Part shown: positions 41,310-52,715 of the stretch, in pieces
Numbering within the stretch: the stretch's first letter is position 1
Layout: every line of letters begins with the position of its first letter
Origin: Acidobacteriota bacterium
Lineage (GTDB): Bacteria > Acidobacteriota > UBA6911 > RPQK01 > JAJDTT01
Reading direction: 5' to 3'
Length of the DNA stretch: 64,000 bases
Assembly: GCA_965217775.1 (NCBI GenBank)
Contig: CBDCJH010000002.1
Coordinates: 4,832,001 to 4,896,000, forward strand
Notes under the pieces: generated by a model
Database searches by the model: none
What the model was told of the DNA's origin: nothing
Seen by the model: only the letters and a program-made list of their open reading frames with translations
Program-made: the position numbers and the translations under genes

Positions 41310-42758
41310 ATGATCGAGAATCCATGGAACAAGTTGAAGCGCCCCCCACTGTTGACGCGGCGCTCCATGCTGAGAGACACGGCCTGCGGCTTTGGCGTGC
41401 TGGGACTGGCCGGGCTCATCGCCGAGGCGGACCGGCTCTCTGCCGCAGCCGGAGCGGCCAACCCGCTCGCCGTCCGGAAGCCGCATTTCGAGCCGCGTGC
41501 CAAACAGGTCATCTTCCTGTTCATGCACGGCGGACCTTCCAGCGTCGACATCCTGGATCCCAAGCCCCGACTCTACCGGGATCATGGAAAACCGCTCCCC
41601 ATCAAACGTCCCCTCGCCTTCGACGACAATCCCCCGGGACCTCTGATGAAGCCACTCTGGGACTTCAAACGAACGGGCCAGAGCGGGATTCCCATGAGCG
41701 ATCTCTTTCCCCACGTCCGGACCTGCGTCGACGACCTCTGCGTGATCCGGTCCATGGTGGGAGAAGGCGTGGACCACGGAGCCGCGTTGCTGCAGACCTT
41801 CACCGGCACCAGCACCTTCACCCGCCCGTCGCTCGGTTCCTGGGCCCTGTACGGTCTGGGAACGGAGAACCAGAACCTGCCCGGTTACATCACCATCAAG
41901 CCGGCTCTGGCCCACGGCGGCGCCAAGAACTGGAGCTCGGCTTTCCTGCCCGGAGCCTACCAGGGAACCGCCATCGGCCATTCGGGGCTCAAGGTCAAGG
42001 ACTTTCGGGGGGAGCCCATCGAGTACCTGGTTCACCGCGGCTTCACGCCGGAGCAGCAACGCTACGAATTGGACATGCTCCAGAACATCAATCGCCGCCA
42101 TGCCCAATTGCGCCGGAACGACGCCGAGCTGGAAGCCCGGATCCAGGCCTTCGAACTGGCGTTTCGGATGCAGATGAGGGCTCCCGAGGCCTTCGAAGTC
42201 GAAACGGAATCGGAGACCACCCGGAAGCTCTACGGCCTCGACCGGGAGGAGACCCGGGAGTTCGGCTGGCAATGCCTGCTGGCGAGGCGCCTGGCCGAGC
42301 GGGGCGTGCGCTTCATCCAATGCACCCACAGCTACAAGTGGGACCAGCATTCCCAGCTCTATGAGAAGCACACCGAGAACGCCCGGGAAGTGGATCTGCC
42401 CATCGCCGGGTTGCTCAAGGACCTGAAATCGAGGGGCATGCTGGAGGAGACGCTGGTGATCTGGGCCGGTGAGTTCGGACGCACCCCGGTCTCCCAGGGA
42501 GGAGATGGCCGCGACCACAACCCCTACGGCTATTCGATCTGGATGGCCGGCGGTGGAGTCAAGCCTGGATTCGTCTACGGCGCCACCGACGAGATCGGCT
42601 ACCACGCGGTCGAGGACCGGATGCACATCCATGATTTCCATGCCACCGTGCTCCACCTGATGGGCTTGGACCACGAGAAACTGACCTTTCACTACAGCGG
42701 CCGCGACTTCCGGCTGACCGACGTCGCCGGCGTCGTCGCCGACAAGATCCTGGTGTAG
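41310..42758 (+). CDS. DUF1501 protein with Tat signal, copy 1
   Basis: 'TRRSML', 'FMHGGPS', 'LARRLAERGVRF', 'WDQH', 'GEFGRTP', 'GRDH'. Confidence 0.92.
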   Translation: MIENPWNKLKRPPLLTRRSMLRDTACGFGVLGLAGLIAEADRLSAAAGAANPLAVRKPHFEPRAKQVIFLFMHGGPSSVDILDPKPRLYRDHGKPLPIKRPLAFDDNPPGPLMKPLWDFKRTGQSGIPMSDLFPHVRTCVDDLCVIRSMVGEGVDHGAALLQTFTGTSTFTRPSLGSWALYGLGTENQNLPGYITIKPALAHGGAKNWSSAFLPGAYQGTAIGHSGLKVKDFRGEPIEYLVHRGFTPEQQRYELDMLQNINRRHAQLRRNDAELEARIQAFELAFRMQMRAPEAFEVETESETTRKLYGLDREETREFGWQCLLARRLAERGVRFIQCTHSYKWDQHSQLYEKHTENAREVDLPIAGLLKDLKSRGMLEETLVIWAGEFGRTPVSQGGDGRDHNPYGYSIWMAGGGVKPGFVYGATDEIGYHAVEDRMHIHDFHATVLHLMGLDHEKLTFHYSGRDFRLTDVAGVVADKILV

Positions 42759-42802
42759 CGGGATCATCGCGTAGGGGGGTTTCACTCCAACCGGGATTCG
42801 TC

Positions 42803-45367
42803 ATGATCAAGCCTGGACTGGCATTGGCTGGCATCGCGGCGGCCTGTGGCTTGGTTCACGCCAGCGAAGCGGTGCCCCGGTTCGAGTCTCAGGTTCGCCC
42901 CCTCCTGAACCGATATTGCCTTCAGTGCCACGGGGAAAGCCTCCAGATGGGAGACCTGGATCTGCGGACCGTCTCCTCCATGGAAAAGGGAGGGAGCCAG
43001 GGCCCGGCTCTGGTGAAGGGGAATGCCGGCGAGAGTCTTCTCTACCAGCGGATCGCGGACCAGAGCATGCCCCAGGGGGAGGAGAAGCTGGAACCGGAGG
43101 AGGTCCGGCTGCTGGGCGACTGGATCAATGCCGGGGCTTCGTCGGGTCCGCTTCCGGTGCAATCCGATCTGGAACCGGCGGCGGCTCATCTCCCGTCCCA
43201 TTGGTCATTCCGCCCGATCCGGAAACCTCCTATCCCGTCCGTAAGAGATCGGCAATGGGTCCGGACACCCGTCGACGCCTTCATCTTGAGCCGCTTGGAG
43301 GAGCGGGGTATCCAGCCCGCGGCGGCGGCGGACCCCAGGACCCTGGTCCGGCGGGTGACCCTGGTCCTGACCGGCTTGCCGCCTTCCTGGGAGGAGTCGG
43401 CCGGTCTGCCCCTGGGTCCGGGCGATCCCGCCTACACCGGCCTCGTGGACGAACTTCTGGGCCGGCCCCAGTACGGTGAGCGCTGGGCCCGGCACTGGCT
43501 CGACGTGGTGCGTTATGCCGAATCCAACGGCTACGAGCGAGACGGCACCAAACCGCACGCGTGGCGCTATCGCGACTACGTCATCGACGCCTTCAACCGG
43601 GACAAGCCCTTCGATCGCTTCCTCACCGAGCAGCTCGCCGGCGACGAAATCGACGGCACCGACGCCGACTCTCAGATCGCCACCACCTTTCTGCGGCTGG
43701 GGACCTGGGACGACGAGCCGGCGGAGGAACTCCGGGACCGGTACGAACAATTGGACGACGTCCTGGGGACCGCCAGCAGCACCTTTCTCGGCCTGACCCT
43801 GCGTTGCGCCCGCTGCCATGACCACAAATTCGAACCCTTCAGCCAGGAGGACTACTATCGCTCCCTCGCCTTCTTCGAACCGCTCAAGCGTCCCAAAAAT
43901 CTCCTGAAACCCCGCGCCGATCTGGACCGGATGGTGGGCACGCCGGACGAACTGGAACGGTACCGGGTGGCCACCATGAAGGTGGAGGTGGAGACGGAGA
44001 GGCTGGAGGGGAAGAAGAAGAAACTGAGCCGGAAGATATTGGATCGGGTTCTCTCCGACGGGGCCTCCAACCGGGACCTGAGCTGGGCACACCACGCCGA
44101 AACGGTATTGGCATTCCGGACCCTGGAAGAGGGCCGGACCGACGAGCAGAAGTCCCTGATCCGCAAGTTCGAGGAGCGCATGGATCGGGAGATCCTGGCC
44201 GCAGCCACCACCGAGGAGGCTCGGGACTTGAGCCGTTGGGAGCGGGAAATGGACCGCGTGAAGTCGGAGGCCCCCGCCGAACCTCCCCGGGCCTACGTCT
44301 GGTACGAAGACACTGCTTTTCCTGCCGCCACCCGGGTCCTGCTCCGGGGTGACCCCGCGGCCCCTGGAGAGGAGGTGCAACCGGTGGTTCCAACGATCCT
44401 GGCCCCCCCGGACCTGCTTTCCCGGCTCGGACCCATCGAGTCCACTTTCAACTCCAGCGGAAGGCGGCGCTGGCTGGCCCGGTGGATGACCGCCCCCCGG
44501 AATCCGCTGGTCGCCCGGGTGATGGTGAACCGGATCTGGCAGTGGGTCTTCGGCGAAGGCCTGGTGGCCACCGAGAACGATTTCGGGGTCGCGGGGGATG
44601 CCCCCAGCCACCCCCTGCTTCTGGACTATCTGGCTTCGGAATTCATCGCCTCCGGCTGGAGCGTGAAACATGTGGTCCGGCTCCTGGCCGGCTCCTCCAC
44701 CTTCGCGCAAGCGTCCGACTGGAACCCACAGGCCGCCGGCGTGGACCACCAGAACCGCCTCCTCTGGCGATGGCAGCCCCGCCGCCTGGAAGCGGAGGCC
44801 GTCCGGGACTCGATGCTGGCCGTCAGCGGCAGCCTGAATCACTCCATGCACGGCCCCAGCATGTTTCCCCGAATCCCCGATTCGGTCTTGGCCGGACAGT
44901 CGAGACCGGGACTCGACTGGGGAGAACCGGACCCGGAGCAGAACCTCCGGCGCAGCATCTACATCTTCGTCAAGCGTTCCCTGGCCGTCCCCGAACTGGA
45001 ATTGCTGGATTCACCCGATACCACCTCCAGTTGCGAGCAGCGCCGCGTCTCCACCACCGGACCCCAGGCCCTTACTTTCTTGAATGGAGACTTCACCCAC
45101 GAGCAGGCTCGGCGTCTGGCGCGCAGAGTGATGCGCGCGACCGGCGAAAAACGGGACAACCAGGTTCGGGGGGCTTTCCGGATGGGACTGGCGAGGGGAC
45201 CCAGCCCCGAGGAATTGAAAGCGGCGTTGGACTTTCTTCAGGCCCAGGAAGAGCAGATCCGTGAGGACCTGACCGGAACCCAGGCCAACCCGGTCATCCG
45301 GGAGCGGGTCCTTCAATCCCTCTGCCTGACTCTGTTGAACACCAACGAGTTCTTCTACCTGCACTGA
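42803..45367 (+). CDS. Planctomycete-type cytochrome c protein (PSCyt1 + DUF1549 + DUF1553), copy 2
   Basis: CLQCH, 'YGERWARHWLD', 'CARCHDHKFE', 'ARVMVNRIW', 'NTNEF'. Confidence 0.92.
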   Translation: MIKPGLALAGIAAACGLVHASEAVPRFESQVRPLLNRYCLQCHGESLQMGDLDLRTVSSMEKGGSQGPALVKGNAGESLLYQRIADQSMPQGEEKLEPEEVRLLGDWINAGASSGPLPVQSDLEPAAAHLPSHWSFRPIRKPPIPSVRDRQWVRTPVDAFILSRLEERGIQPAAAADPRTLVRRVTLVLTGLPPSWEESAGLPLGPGDPAYTGLVDELLGRPQYGERWARHWLDVVRYAESNGYERDGTKPHAWRYRDYVIDAFNRDKPFDRFLTEQLAGDEIDGTDADSQIATTFLRLGTWDDEPAEELRDRYEQLDDVLGTASSTFLGLTLRCARCHDHKFEPFSQEDYYRSLAFFEPLKRPKNLLKPRADLDRMVGTPDELERYRVATMKVEVETERLEGKKKKLSRKILDRVLSDGASNRDLSWAHHAETVLAFRTLEEGRTDEQKSLIRKFEERMDREILAAATTEEARDLSRWEREMDRVKSEAPAEPPRAYVWYEDTAFPAATRVLLRGDPAAPGEEVQPVVPTILAPPDLLSRLGPIESTFNSSGRRRWLARWMTAPRNPLVARVMVNRIWQWVFGEGLVATENDFGVAGDAPSHPLLLDYLASEFIASGWSVKHVVRLLAGSSTFAQASDWNPQAAGVDHQNRLLWRWQPRRLEAEAVRDSMLAVSGSLNHSMHGPSMFPRIPDSVLAGQSRPGLDWGEPDPEQNLRRSIYIFVKRSLAVPELELLDSPDTTSSCEQRRVSTTGPQALTFLNGDFTHEQARRLARRVMRATGEKRDNQVRGAFRMGLARGPSPEELKAALDFLQAQEEQIREDLTGTQANPVIRERVLQSLCLTLLNTNEFFYLH

Positions 45368-45467
45368 GAATCCCTGACGCAAACGCCGGGAATCCGGCCG
45401 CCGGTGCGGGCGAGATTGCAAATGAGCCGCCAAGGACCTACTCTGAGGCATCCCTTCTGTAGAGGCC

Positions 45468-46961
<1,494 letters not shown>

Positions 46962-47033
46962 CCAGCCCCCCGACCGGTCCGTCTCCGCTTCGACCTCAAG
47001 GACGCGTTTCTCACCAGGAGGCGCCGGGGTCGG

Positions 47034-48665
47034 TCAATCCAACTCGAAGGTGAAGAGCGAGGTTCCGGCGGTGATGGCCAGGTGCTGCTTGCCTTGATTC
47101 AGGTAGGTGATGGTGCTGGTGGCGATCATGCCACCCAGATGAGCCACCCAGAGCTCCTCCCCGGTGCGGGCGTCCAGAGCGAAGAATTGACCGTCGGTGG
47201 TGCCGCTGAAGGCGAGGTCGCCGGCAGTGGTGAGGACGCCGGACCAGGGCACGGTCAGCAGCGGATACTCCCACTTGAGTTCGCCCGTCTCCGGGACCAG
47301 CGCACGGATCGCTCCCCTCCCCGGCGGCTCTTCGGACGCTCCTTGAACCAGCCCGCCCCAGTAGGGAAGACCCGGCGTGTAGTCAGCCTCGCCTTTGTAA
47401 AAATAGTTGGGCAATTCCCAGACCGGGACATAGAAGAGGTCCGTGCGCGGACTGTAGGACGGCGAGTACCAGTTGGTTCCCCCTTGGACTCCGGGGTAGA
47501 CCAGCGTTCCCTCTTCGGTGGGCTCCATGTTGGGGACCCGGACCGGACGGCCGTTTTCGTCGATCCTCTCCGCCCAGGTCACCTTCACGTATTTCTTGCC
47601 CAGGAGATACTCGCCGGAGGTCCGATCCAGGACATAGAAGAACCCGTTCCGGTTGGCGAAGTACATGAGCTTTCGCTGCTCGCCGCCGAACTCGCCGTCC
47701 ACCAGCACCGGGATCTGCACCGAGTCCCAATCGTGCAGGTCGTGGGGAGTGAACTGGAAATACCAGCGCATCTTTCCGGTATCGGCCTCCACGGCCACCA
47801 CCGAAGACGCAAACAGGTTGTCCCCCAGACGAACGTCGCCGTTCCAGTCGGGGGCGGGATTCCCCGTGCCCCAGTAGATGAGGTCCAGTTCCGGATCGTA
47901 GGAACCGGTGATCCAGGTGGGGGCTCCGCCCTGTTTCCACGAGTCCCCGGACCAGGTCTCGTTCCCCGGTTCGCCGGGACCCGGAATGGTGTAGAAACGC
48001 CAGGCCCGCTCGCCGGTGGCGGCGTCGTAGGCATCCAGAAACCCCCGGATCCCGTATTCCCCGCCCGAGATGCCCACGATGATCTTGTCCTTCACGGCCA
48101 GCGGCGCCACCGTGATGCTGTAACCCTCGCTGTATTCCGCCACCTTCGCCTTCCAGACCACGGCGCCCGTCTTGGCGTCCAGGGCCACCAGTTGGGCGTC
48201 CAGCGTGCCCAGGTAGACCCGGCCGTTGAGCACGGCCATGCCCCGGTTCACCTGCCCGCAGCAGACGCTGGTGCGTTCCGGCAGTTTGTGGCGATATTCC
48301 CAGAAGGGCCGTCCGGTCCGGGCGTCCAAGGCCAGGGCATCGCTGGGTGGTTGGGTCACATACATGACGTCGTTCACCACCAGCGGAGTCGTCTCCACCT
48401 TCTCGAGGCTCTTGAATTGAAATACCCAGTCGAGACTGAGGCGGTGGACGTTGGTGGTGTTGACCTGGTCCAGGCGGCTGTAACGCCAACTCCGGTATCC
48501 GCCGGAATAGGTGAGCCAGTGCCCCGGCAACTGGTCCGCCGTCAGCAGTTCGCCGTGGGTCACCTCTCCCGAGAGGACCGTCGCGTCCTGTCTGGGAACG
48601 GTTCCATCAGGCGTGCAGGCCACCGCCAGCAACAGCACCAACCAGATCGCCGAATGCCGCTTCAT
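47034..48665 (-). CDS. PQQ-dependent alcohol dehydrogenase family, probable lipoprotein
   Basis: Lipobox-like 'AVAC', vicinal 'CCGQVNRG', 'GGEYG', 'GTGNP', 'HDLHDWD', 'GGTNW'. Confidence 0.92.
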   Translation of the reverse strand: MKRHSAIWLVLLLAVACTPDGTVPRQDATVLSGEVTHGELLTADQLPGHWLTYSGGYRSWRYSRLDQVNTTNVHRLSLDWVFQFKSLEKVETTPLVVNDVMYVTQPPSDALALDARTGRPFWEYRHKLPERTSVCCGQVNRGMAVLNGRVYLGTLDAQLVALDAKTGAVVWKAKVAEYSEGYSITVAPLAVKDKIIVGISGGEYGIRGFLDAYDAATGERAWRFYTIPGPGEPGNETWSGDSWKQGGAPTWITGSYDPELDLIYWGTGNPAPDWNGDVRLGDNLFASSVVAVEADTGKMRWYFQFTPHDLHDWDSVQIPVLVDGEFGGEQRKLMYFANRNGFFYVLDRTSGEYLLGKKYVKVTWAERIDENGRPVRVPNMEPTEEGTLVYPGVQGGTNWYSPSYSPRTDLFYVPVWELPNYFYKGEADYTPGLPYWGGLVQGASEEPPGRGAIRALVPETGELKWEYPLLTVPWSGVLTTAGDLAFSGTTDGQFFALDARTGEELWVAHLGGMIATSTITYLNQGKQHLAITAGTSLFTFELD

Positions 48666-48670
48666 GGACG

Positions 48671-49480
48671 CTATTTCCTTTTCAAAGAGGCCAGGTAGGC
48701 CACCAGGTCGTCGACTTCCGCCTCGTTGAGATCGTCTTGAAAGGTCGGCATGGACGAGACCTGCCCCCTGCGAACCTCTTTCAGGAGCTTCTTGGTATAG
48801 GAGAGGAGGCGCTCTTCCTCGTCCATGACCTGGATCGAATAGCTGTCTTCGTTCAGGACCACGCCCTGAACCGAGTTTCCGTCGGCCAGGGTGAGGGTGA
48901 CCGGCCAGTAGCGGCGGGTGCCGTCCACGAAGGTTTCGGAACTGTTCCCGATCTCCGCGGTGGGTTCCAGGATGGACTCTTTCAGGAAACCGGCGGACCG
49001 CTTCCAGCCCACGTCACTCAAGTCGGGACCGAGACGCCCTCCCCGTCCGTCGACCATGTGACAGCGGGAGCAGTCCCCTTGCTCCTCGAAGACGACCTTG
49101 CCCTTGGCAGGGTCGCCGGGAAGCTTCTCGGACGCGGAACGGCGATCCAGTGATCGCAGATAAGCGACCAATTGCCAGACCTCCCGGTCGGGGAAACGGT
49201 GGGCCGCCATGCTGGTCCCGGTGATCCCCTGGCTGACGATGCGAAACAGAGCCGAGTTGCTGTTTCCATGGCGATACTCGGAACGGGTCAGGTCCGGACC
49301 CGATTCGCCGGTGGCGTCCAGGGCGTGGCAGATGGCGCAATGGTTCCGAAAGTTCCGTGCGCCGTTATACAAATCGGCGACCGAAGTGTAAGGGTTCCGG
49401 GTGACCGACTCTTGCGCCGGCGATTCGTGTGACAGGACCAGGATCAGCAAGCCGGCGATCAGGAAATTCGTATTTCTCAA
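48671..49480 (-). CDS. Diheme c-type cytochrome (start uncertain)
   Basis: CAICH and CSRCH, each followed by 'GPDL'; distal Met 'SSMP'; signal-like N-terminus. Confidence 0.85.
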   Translation of the reverse strand: MRNTNFLIAGLLILVLSHESPAQESVTRNPYTSVADLYNGARNFRNHCAICHALDATGESGPDLTRSEYRHGNSNSALFRIVSQGITGTSMAAHRFPDREVWQLVAYLRSLDRRSASEKLPGDPAKGKVVFEEQGDCSRCHMVDGRGGRLGPDLSDVGWKRSAGFLKESILEPTAEIGNSSETFVDGTRRYWPVTLTLADGNSVQGVVLNEDSYSIQVMDEEERLLSYTKKLLKEVRRGQVSSMPTFQDDLNEAEVDDLVAYLASLKRK

Positions 49481-49658
49481 AACGTTTCCAAGGTTGCGTT
49501 TGTGGTATCCGAACACCTGCCGGAAGTCAAGGAGCAGGGCGGAAAAGAAGGAAGGCCCCCACAAGATGCGCCCCTGCAATTTCCCGGGAAAAAGGTCATT
49601 ATTGTCTATCGGTGATAAAAGCCAAAGCTAGTTTTACTATTGACAGTAATTTCTTCTC

Positions 49659-50702
49659 TTATGGAAATCTGCGAGCGAGTGTCTCCCGCGCCTGAGTCCT
49701 GGCCTTCTCCAGCACGTCCTGGAGGCGGACCGGCACTCCGCCGCGCCGTTTGCTCTCATCGGCGGCTTCCATGAAAACGTAGATTTCCAGCGTCGTGGCA
49801 GGATCGACGGGCGGCACGCGGGTCTCGAAGAACTCAACGATCCGGGCGACCAGGGGAGGATAACCGCTGAAGCCGCCCAGCGGAGCGATGGCCTCACTCC
49901 CGAAGGCGGTCCCACCGTATCCCCGTTTCCCGGCCCGGCGGCCGTGAAAGGTTCCAAGCCGACCGTCGGACCATCTTCCCACCACCACGTCGCCTCCCGG
50001 CGTGTTCATCCGGCTCAGCTCCACGCAGCCGGGACCCATGACGGTGTAGAGAAACTCCACCCCATGGATGCCGTACCAGAAGAGATCGGGGTGATTCGGC
50101 TCCATCACAGCCGGACTGTAGGCATCGCACGCCAGGATCTTTCCCACCTTTCCCTTGACCACTTCCTGAACCCCCGCGGCGTAGCGCAGGCCGGAAGAGG
50201 AGAAGACGGGAGTCCCGTAGCGCTTCGAGAGCTCGTAGATCGCCACCACGTCCGCCAGGGTTCCGGCCACCGGCTTGTCGATGAAGACCGGCTTGCCGGC
50301 CTTCAGGACCGGCGCGGCCTGCTCCAGGTGGGGACGTCCGTCGTTGGTCTCCAGCAGGACCACGTCCACTTTCTGCAGCAGCGCCTCGATGCTGGGGACG
50401 ATCTCGACACCCATCTCCCGCACCCGGCGCGTGTATTCCGGAACCCGCCGTACGCTCGACTCGATGTCGCGGCTTCCTTGGGGATACGCGGCCACCACCC
50501 GGCAGCCCGGGACGTGGCCCTCGTCCCCGGGGTCGTTGAGGATCCGGGTGAAGTGGACGGAATGGGACGTGTCGAGGCCGATGATCCCGGCTCGGAGCGG
50601 GCCGGCCCGCATTCCGGCATCCGTCGACGCCAAAAGGAAGAGCAGCAGAATCAGGAGCGGGGAACCGATTCGAGCCGAGTTGATTTCGCGTATGAGCCGC
50701 AT
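49659..50702 (-). CDS. Gfo/Idh/MocA-like oxidoreductase with signal-like N-terminus
   Basis: 'GIIGLDTSH', 'VFIDKP', 'FWYGIH'. Confidence 0.85.
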   Translation of the reverse strand: MRLIREINSARIGSPLLILLLFLLASTDAGMRAGPLRAGIIGLDTSHSVHFTRILNDPGDEGHVPGCRVVAAYPQGSRDIESSVRRVPEYTRRVREMGVEIVPSIEALLQKVDVVLLETNDGRPHLEQAAPVLKAGKPVFIDKPVAGTLADVVAIYELSKRYGTPVFSSSGLRYAAGVQEVVKGKVGKILACDAYSPAVMEPNHPDLFWYGIHGVEFLYTVMGPGCVELSRMNTPGGDVVVGRWSDGRLGTFHGRRAGKRGYGGTAFGSEAIAPLGGFSGYPPLVARIVEFFETRVPPVDPATTLEIYVFMEAADESKRRGGVPVRLQDVLEKARTQARETLARRFP

Positions 50703-50709
50703 GAAAAGG

Positions 50710-50784
<75 letters not shown>

Positions 50785-50793
50785 TCGTCCACC

Positions 50794-50802
50794 ATTCTAG
50801 CA
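50794..50802 (-). promoter_or_regulatory. Extended -10 promoter of tRNA-Gly
   Basis: TGcTAGAAT about 10 nt upstream of the tRNA. Confidence 0.7.
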
Positions 50803-50855
50803 GTCCTTGGAAAGAATGGAATGGCAGGCCCCAGGTCCCACCGGAATTACCAGTT

Positions 50856-52499
50856 CTAATTTGAACTCGACCTTTGGGCGACGACCAGATCGTGGTCGTC
50901 GATCATGGTGTTCATGGCCTGCCGTAGCGCGGTCAGCGCCAATTGATAGTCGATCTGGGAGCGCAATTCCACGAGACGGGCCTCGGCCACGTCACGCTGG
51001 TACTGCAGGAGCTCGAAGTTGGTGGAGAGCCCGGCCTTGAACCGTTTGGTCTCCAGCTCCAACTGCTCCTGGGCGAAACGCACCGCCAGAGCGGACATGT
51101 CCAGCTCCCGCTTCTGAATGCCGAGACGTTCATAGGCGTTGCGAACCTCCTCCACGATGAGCTGCTCCTGCTCCCGTTGCTGGTGCCGGAGACGGCGCTG
51201 GGCAATGGCGGTCTCCGCAAGAAGGCCTTCGTTGCGGCGATTTCTCAAGGGGATCTCCACATTGACGAAGATCTCATAGGAAATGTAGTCGAACCCCAGC
51301 GCCTGTCCCATGGAATTGCCGAAGTTGCCGTAGAACGGGTTCGCCGGATCCGGCTCGCGAGTCAGGGCGCCGAAGAAATCCACGTTCTTGAAGACCTGTC
51401 CCGACCGGCCGTACGAACCGACGTTGGCTATCAGATTGACTCTGGGCTTTCCCTCCTTCCTGTAGAAATCCCTGTCGATCCGATTCTGCTCCACCTCCAG
51501 GTTCAGGCGCTCCAACTCGGGACGGCGCTTCAGCGCCTGTCCGATGGCCTCTTCCAGCGTGATGCCGAGGGATTGAATCCGAGGCCGATCCGTCGGGATC
51601 AACCTCAGATTCCAAAGGGGGGCCGCCCGATCGGGGGTCAGAAGCCGCTTGAGGGCATTCTGACGAATGACGATCTGGACCTCCGCCCGAATCGTGACCT
51701 GCTCCCGCTTGGAGACTTCCGCCCGGGTCCGGCTGACCTCCATGGGAGCCGAGATGCCCACCGCCACCCTGCGCTTGTTGAGTTCGTGCTGCAGGACGGC
51801 CTGTTCCCGCGACTGGCGGCGCGTCTCGTGGTTGTCGATGGCCGAAACCAGCTCCCAATACTCAGTCTGGAGCCGCAGGATGATGCTCGACACCCTCTCT
51901 TCGAACTGGCTCTCGTTGATGCGGCGGTCCAGGTTGTAGAGCTTCAACTGCCGTTCGGTCTGGGTCTCCCGGAATCCTCGCCACAGCGGTTGGGTGAAGG
52001 AGAAGTTGAAATAGGACTCGAAGTTGGGATTGATGATGGAAAAAAGACTGTTGGAGGAGTTGCGAACGTTGTTCAGGGTCAGCTGCAGGGCGCCGCCACC
52101 TTTGACCGGCTGTTGAACCGAGGTGTCGAACTGAAGCCCGCGCCGAATTGACGTGGGGATGTTGCGTCCCGCATCCAGAATGCTGGTGGACGGCCATTCA
52201 TTGGACCTCCAGCCCGTGGAGAAGCTGAGCACCGGATCGTAGTCGCCGCGAGTCTGGAATATCCGCTGCTCGGTCACGTCTTCATTGAAATCCTCGATGG
52301 CGATCGCCAGGTTGTTGGTCAGCGCGAGCCGGACGGCCTCCTTCAAGGAGAGATCCAAGTGTCTTCCCTCGCTTCGAACCCGTTCCACGTACGGTCTGGT
52401 GGAAGGGAATTCCTGGTCCGTATCCGAAGCACCTTCGATCGGACACAGTCCAACCCAGAGGACGACCAGACCGGAAACGGGAGGGCGAAAGGCAATCAT
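50856..52499 (-). CDS. TolC-family outer membrane protein
   Basis: 'LSLKEAVRLALTNN', 'FTQPLWRG', 'RFKAGLSTNFELL'; two OEP-like halves. Confidence 0.88.
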   Translation of the reverse strand: MIAFRPPVSGLVVLWVGLCPIEGASDTDQEFPSTRPYVERVRSEGRHLDLSLKEAVRLALTNNLAIAIEDFNEDVTEQRIFQTRGDYDPVLSFSTGWRSNEWPSTSILDAGRNIPTSIRRGLQFDTSVQQPVKGGGALQLTLNNVRNSSNSLFSIINPNFESYFNFSFTQPLWRGFRETQTERQLKLYNLDRRINESQFEERVSSIILRLQTEYWELVSAIDNHETRRQSREQAVLQHELNKRRVAVGISAPMEVSRTRAEVSKREQVTIRAEVQIVIRQNALKRLLTPDRAAPLWNLRLIPTDRPRIQSLGITLEEAIGQALKRRPELERLNLEVEQNRIDRDFYRKEGKPRVNLIANVGSYGRSGQVFKNVDFFGALTREPDPANPFYGNFGNSMGQALGFDYISYEIFVNVEIPLRNRRNEGLLAETAIAQRRLRHQQREQEQLIVEEVRNAYERLGIQKRELDMSALAVRFAQEQLELETKRFKAGLSTNFELLQYQRDVAEARLVELRSQIDYQLALTALRQAMNTMIDDHDLVVAQRSSSN

Positions 52500-52715
52500 G
52501 ATTGAACTCCTAGCGCAGGTGATGCATCTTCAAATCAGAGGTTCGTCTACGTTAGAGATGCATTCGACGTCGATAAGGATCGGCCGATCCCGGTTGGGAC
52601 CGGGCGCACGGCCAGATTTCAAAGGGGAGCCGCGGATCGGGAAGACGTGTTTCCCGACGGCGCTCCCTGAAGACATATTATCCCTCATACCATTCTCCAT
52701 CCGGGCAAAGTGTTC

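Noticed and set aside
38616-42785. 1389-aa antisense ORF, and similar long antisense ORFs (12135..13865, 43205..44851, 47082..48698)
   Set aside because: Shadow frames opposite well-conserved genes in high-GC DNA; no recognisable motifs.
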